The notes under the pieces: model-generated
What the model was told of the DNA's origin: nothing
The model's database searches: none
Seen by the model: the letters and a program-made list of their open reading frames with translations, nothing else
Origin: a virus
Taxonomy: Duplodnaviria; Caudoviricetes
Length of the DNA: 64,000 nt
IMG/VR virus record: IMGVR_UViG_3300021255_004427
Location: 96,001 to 160,000 of that record
Strand: one strand, 5' to 3'
Shown here: in pieces, positions 59,585 through 64,000 of the stretch
How positions within the stretch are numbered: position 1 is the stretch's first letter
How the letters are laid out: every line of letters starts with the position of its first letter
Position numbers and translations under genes: made by a program

Positions 59585-62137
59585 ATGTTAACGCTACCAT
59601 TAACCTTAAAAGATTTAAAGAATTCTATAGGAACAGCGTACACTACGGTTACAAACGCCACCTTCCTAAATCGCATTAAAAATCGCATTAAGGAATCCAT
59701 CAACACGAATTCCTCATCTGGTGAAATATACAATGCTGTTAAGGATGCAGCGTTTACAAATTTGCCGCCCAAAATCGGCTATCTCGACGAAAAGACTGTC
59801 CCGATGTACGCTGCTTACAATATGAGCAACATGGCCGTGACCGACTTACCCTGTTGGATTACTTCGGACTTGGAAGGGAGAGAGATTACCTATTTTAGAG
59901 CGTCTCAGGACGGAGCGCATGGCCTTCAGATATATCGCGCCTTTAGAAGTAACTTATCTGACACGAACGGCTATACTGTAGAAAATCAGCCACTAGCAAT
60001 AACGATTGATGGCGTAGATACAAAGTTTAATCGTGTATATGGTATCTCTAACGATTATATTGTCTTACAGGCAGAAAATGGAAAACGCTACCATTTTGCT
60101 ACTTACTATTCTTCCAATACGGACAACTGGAAGTTAATGCGAGAGGTTACTCATTTTAATAGCTACGGCGATGTAATGGATATACTTTGGTTCGATTCGG
60201 TAAAAAGATACCTTGTTGTATGCCAAACTGGACAGGGAATGGTATATCTCGTTGCAGATGAAAATCTGAACGAAATGTATCGCGATATGGTCTTTGACTT
60301 TACGAAGTTTCACCATAGCGGCAAACCAACTTGGACGTATCATTATAGCACGTATGGCAATACGGCTTCTGCAGCATATATACCAGACCAGAACCGGCTG
60401 GCAACCGTATTCCGAATGGATGCGAATGTCAGAGAAAACGGCTTTGTCATTTACAACTCGGATATGGCGCATCATCCATTGTATTGTAATACCATCAGTA
60501 ATTTTACCCCAGACAAACTACTGACGAATCATTACTTCGCTACGGCGCAGTGGGATACCCCGTTAGCCACTTATTACGATGCGGCAAAGTGGGATTGGTG
60601 GGGCGACAATACGGTTAAGATGGCTACGGGATTAACCAGTCGTGGCACAGAATACTGTCAATATGACTCGCTGAATAAAATGTTTTATTACACACATGGT
60701 GTTCGCGACTGGGCCGGCGTATATATCAAGCGTATCGCCGTTGAAAACCTAAGTTCAAGGGCTGGCACTCGTTTTTTGGATGACAACGCTGGACAAGGAT
60801 GGAACTGGCAAACGCCAGACACTTCTCCGTGGGCCAAGCAAACATATGCCCCTTCCGTGATGTATGACTCTATCGTTTTGCGTGCGCAGTCTAACAAGTA
60901 CGGCGGTGCGTGGAATAATATTATTATTGCGCCGGAGGCGACATCCAACGCAAATATACTGGCTGTTACGGCAGGCTCGTGGGCTGTAGGTGGTGGCGAT
61001 ATAACAAATATTGACTGGGCCGCTGGGTATGGGCGTTATTCCTGCACGAAGGAAAACTTCAATACTAAAGATGGCGTGTCATGGTATCAAATTCTGGAAG
61101 AGAATGGATACTACAATGTTTACCGTCTGGATTATAAAGCTCGTAAGGATCAGGTTGGCAATACTTACAACGACAATGTGTATCGTCCCGCAAGCCCTAT
61201 AGCTAAATTTAAAAAGACTCTTAACTTTGTTGGAGGCATAACGTCATTTGGTTCTTGGGCTTTTAGAAGCGCATCTTTTGGCGGCGGTAATAAGCTCATC
61301 ATCTTCGGGCGCATTTCAAGCAATTATAAATGTGTGAAGAATAGTGAAGACAAGTACGTTCCGCAAGACGAGAACGCTATGCCAGCCTATTATATTATCT
61401 CGGAAGATGGAAACTATTACAAGGTAGATTTACCGCAAAACATGCGCGACTGGTATTTATCTGAAGCAAGTGACCGATGGCCATATATCCGAAATCCAGA
61501 TTGGGTTAATCGCACGCCCTTCTTGGATAGTGATGGTCTGACGCTCTATTATAATAGTCATGAGTTCTATCATGGTAATGGCGATTACTGCTTCGCTGGT
61601 TGGAGAGTAATTTTTTCTTCCGACCTTAAGACTGCCACGAAAGTTGATTCTGTAGCTGCAGGTGATGGCACATGGTGTGGCATCGAAGTTCTTGGTTGGA
61701 ATAAGCGCTTCGGTTATTACCGTACCCGCACCAGAAACCGTACAGGCTCTTTAATTGATACCAGTGCTACAAACCCGGTTAATGTTATTAATCTTGGTGG
61801 CGACGTAAAAACATATACCATTAATAATAGTGGCTCGGTAGGTCTAATTGCTTATATTCAGGCAACGCCTATTTATCTCGGCGGCTATTACAGCGTGCTG
61901 CCCGCTACGGAAGTATACTTAAAAGCCAATAGCGATAATTACATTTACTTATCCAGAGATAAATTGGACTACCAGAAGATAAACGTAGAGAATTACGACC
62001 ATTTGCTAGGGGCGCAGAATAATGATATGGGCATTAACTTCTCCCGTATCCTTATCTCGAAGATAACTACGGATAATAAAAGTGCTACGAGTCAGGAGTA
62101 TTTTAATATCGATTATTATGGAGCAAGCAAGTCATGA
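59585..62137 (+). CDS. Large fibre/receptor-binding-like protein (850 aa), paralogue with an inserted beta-rich domain
   Basis: Same N- and C-terminal segments as 59045, with about 680 aa of Trp/Tyr-rich sequence between them. Confidence 0.7.
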   Translation: MLTLPLTLKDLKNSIGTAYTTVTNATFLNRIKNRIKESINTNSSSGEIYNAVKDAAFTNLPPKIGYLDEKTVPMYAAYNMSNMAVTDLPCWITSDLEGREITYFRASQDGAHGLQIYRAFRSNLSDTNGYTVENQPLAITIDGVDTKFNRVYGISNDYIVLQAENGKRYHFATYYSSNTDNWKLMREVTHFNSYGDVMDILWFDSVKRYLVVCQTGQGMVYLVADENLNEMYRDMVFDFTKFHHSGKPTWTYHYSTYGNTASAAYIPDQNRLATVFRMDANVRENGFVIYNSDMAHHPLYCNTISNFTPDKLLTNHYFATAQWDTPLATYYDAAKWDWWGDNTVKMATGLTSRGTEYCQYDSLNKMFYYTHGVRDWAGVYIKRIAVENLSSRAGTRFLDDNAGQGWNWQTPDTSPWAKQTYAPSVMYDSIVLRAQSNKYGGAWNNIIIAPEATSNANILAVTAGSWAVGGGDITNIDWAAGYGRYSCTKENFNTKDGVSWYQILEENGYYNVYRLDYKARKDQVGNTYNDNVYRPASPIAKFKKTLNFVGGITSFGSWAFRSASFGGGNKLIIFGRISSNYKCVKNSEDKYVPQDENAMPAYYIISEDGNYYKVDLPQNMRDWYLSEASDRWPYIRNPDWVNRTPFLDSDGLTLYYNSHEFYHGNGDYCFAGWRVIFSSDLKTATKVDSVAAGDGTWCGIEVLGWNKRFGYYRTRTRNRTGSLIDTSATNPVNVINLGGDVKTYTINNSGSVGLIAYIQATPIYLGGYYSVLPATEVYLKANSDNYIYLSRDKLDYQKINVENYDHLLGAQNNDMGINFSRILISKITTDNKSATSQEYFNIDYYGASKS

Positions 62138-64000
62138 TGTCACTAGCACAAACAATAAAGCATTTAAAAAATACGATAACGAATTATACTAACTTTATCA
62201 ATAGCAAGTCTATCGAGAACTTCGCTACCACTAAGATAGTCAATTATATTAACGGAACTGAAGGCGGCGCAAAATCTATCCGCAATATGATTAAAAATAG
62301 AACGTTTAAAAATTTGCCGCCGAAAATTGGCTACTTCAATGAAACCACCGTACCGTTAATTGCTAACTTCAATATGTCGATTAACGCGGATGCTCCGTGG
62401 GTAATTTCGGACGACCAAGGACGAGAGCTAATGTATTTCCCTGCGAAGGGGAGTCCTACGGACTCGGTTAAGGTATTCAGAGCATACCGCATGAGCACAG
62501 GTTCAGGCTTCATCTATGAAAACGAACCGATAATTCCAGGCTACCTTGAAAACGACGGCAAATATCTAACCAACATACGTGGACTAGGCAATCAATACAT
62601 GGTTGCTATCACAACGGGCGGAAGGGTTCATATCATTAATACTTTTGGTGAGCCGGATACATGGACGTTAGAAGCAGATATTACCGATTTATACAACTCT
62701 GTTCCAGATATTCGCCTGAGCGTTATCTACTTTAAGGAATATGGTACGATTTACATTCCCGGCACTGTAGGAGATGGCCATAATATTGGAGGCCGATTAT
62801 ACAAGGTATCTACTGGCGAGCTAATAAAGACAGATAAAATCTTTGATTTTGTACAGGTAATTGGAGAGCAAAACTCAAACATAAAAACGATGTATGCTGA
62901 AATAGGAGACGCTGCCGCGGTTTATAACGAAGCAACGAGCGAAATGGCTTGGCTTGGACGTAGCTATATTCAATGGTACAACTCGGATAACTCGGTAAGT
63001 GCAAATTATCATTCCATGTTAGTGCTGTGCGACTGCCCCAAAGAGCATTTTATGGATGGACGAGAGACGTTAGTTAATAAAATACCAAACAGCGAATATA
63101 AAATACAAGCGCACAAAAGAGGGTTATGCCCGCGAGGAGATAGCGGAATGAGGCACGCTACGTACGACTCGATGGAAAAGGTAATTCGAACCGTTTATCG
63201 ATATCAGAGTTCAGATTCAATTGATTTGTTTACCAGAAGTGCTACATCTTCAGTAAGTCATGCCTGTGATTACTTCTTAGGCGGACTTGTCACATCTGGT
63301 ATTCAAAGCTCTGATGCTGCGCCATGGGCTAAACGAATGATGCAGCCTGTGGTTTATAACGACGATACATATTTGTATGGCATAAGTAAGAAATATGGCG
63401 GACAGCGTATCCATGTGGATTTTGTGACAGACGGCAACGGATTGTGCAATATAACAGCGGGAACGTGGTGGCTGTCCGGGTCGTATGGGGATTGTGGAGA
63501 CTTGTCCTTACCTCTGATCTCTTGTGTTAAAACAGAGGACTCGTCTAAATTTTATTACACCGACGACAGCAATATTGTAAGGGAAGTACGTACAGAAAGC
63601 TTTACCGCTGACGACTACGCACGAAACGGTAGACGGTATTTAGTTAATACCGACATTAAGGCCCCATCGATTCCAACGGGTTATTTCATTAAATCGAGGA
63701 TGTATAATCCTAAGTGGAATAAATGGTTCTTTATATCCGAAAAGAGTGGTACAGCTTTAGTTGGTGATACTTTCCTATTAGAATACGATATCGCAACTGG
63801 AGCATGGACTGAACATTGGGATGAACGACCACAGTCGTGGCTGGATGCTGCGCAAGCCTCTTTAGGCAGCTTGGGTAATCGTTCGGGATGCAGCGTATCG
63901 TCAAATGCATTCATTGATGATGATGGTACCATGTATTTTAAAATATGTTTTAATTACATCGGTGGAGCAGGAGATGCGCACCTAATAAAATTGACTCGCA
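62134..64000 (+). CDS. Third paralogue, truncated by the window end (absent from the ORF track)
   Basis: ATGA overlap; MMSLAQTIKHLKN...FKNLPPKIGYFNETTVP...SDAAPWAK...SKKYGG...TAGTW. In frame in the segments I translated and open at 64000. Confidence 0.8.
   Translation, partial: MMSLAQTIKHLKNTITNYTNFINSKSIENFATTKIVNYINGTEGGAKSIRNMIKNRTFKNLPPKIGYFNETTVPLIANFNMSINADAPWVISDDQGRELMYFPAKGSPTDSVKVFRAYRMSTGSGFIYENEPIIPGYLENDGKYLTNIRGLGNQYMVAITTGGRVHIINTFGEPDTWTLEADITDLYNSVPDIRLSVIYFKEYGTIYIPGTVGDGHNIGGRLYKVSTGELIKTDKIFDFVQVIGEQNSNIKTMYAEIGDAAAVYNEATSEMAWLGRSYIQWYNSDNSVSANYHSMLVLCDCPKEHFMDGRETLVNKIPNSEYKIQAHKRGLCPRGDSGMRHATYDSMEKVIRTVYRYQSSDSIDLFTRSATSSVSHACDYFLGGLVTSGIQSSDAAPWAKRMMQPVVYNDDTYLYGISKKYGGQRIHVDFVTDGNGLCNITAGTWWLSGSYGDCGDLSLPLISCVKTEDSSKFYYTDDSNIVREVRTESFTADDYARNGRRYLVNTDIKAPSIPTGYFIKSRMYNPKWNKWFFISEKSGTALVGDTFLLEYDIATGAWTEHWDERPQSWLDAAQASLGSLGNRSGCSVSSNAFIDDDGTMYFKICFNYIGGAGDAHLIKLTR

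Noticed and set aside
1-64000. The many short minus-strand and nested ORFs in the track
   Set aside because: They are shadows of long + strand genes, especially over the repetitive fibre and collagen genes, and have no SD or recognisable motifs.
14897-64000. Diversity-generating retroelement or invertase shufflon acting on fibre tips
   Set aside because: No reverse transcriptase or recombinase in the window, and the shared fibre modules differ at all base types rather than only at adenines.
1-64000. Stop-codon recoding
   Set aside because: Long genes are intact and tightly packed in the standard code, and TAA, TGA and TAG all terminate genes.

Overview
This 64 kb window is a segment of a large (probably jumbo) tailed dsDNA phage. 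All credible genes are on the + strand and use the standard genetic code. I saw no integrase, tRNA, rRNA or CRISPR array. Layout: (i) 1-32145, virion tail/baseplate/fibre genes, including a collagen-like protein, an Ala-rich tripeptide-repeat fibre, and a fibre with a tail-collar domain. (ii) 32305-48661, replication and regulation: AEP primase, DnaB-like helicase, Rha/ANT antirepressor, P-loop ATPase, GroES, Cas4/PD-(D/E)XK-like protein, DUF1064 nuclease, phage sigma factor, LemA + TPM pair, RecJ, DnaE. (iii) 48731-53173, small membrane/lysis-type genes, a degenerate amidase-like protein and a metallophosphoesterase. (iv) 53384-64000, a second fibre/adhesin cluster. This cluster contains the most striking feature: a tail-associated protein ending in a (D/N)C-repeat tail, followed directly by a radical SAM/SPASM enzyme and an overlapping Pol-beta-type nucleotidyltransferase, all between paralogous fibre genes that share an N-terminal peptide. 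The host is probably an anaerobic Firmicute, possibly Negativicutes (inference from recalled similarity of the amidase-like protein). Non-coding signals are sigma70 promoters with 11-bp-phased operators before replication genes, a recurrent GTAATA element before structural/late genes, and a 290-bp intergenic array of repeated hairpins. All product calls come from motif recognition by eye; no database searches were run.
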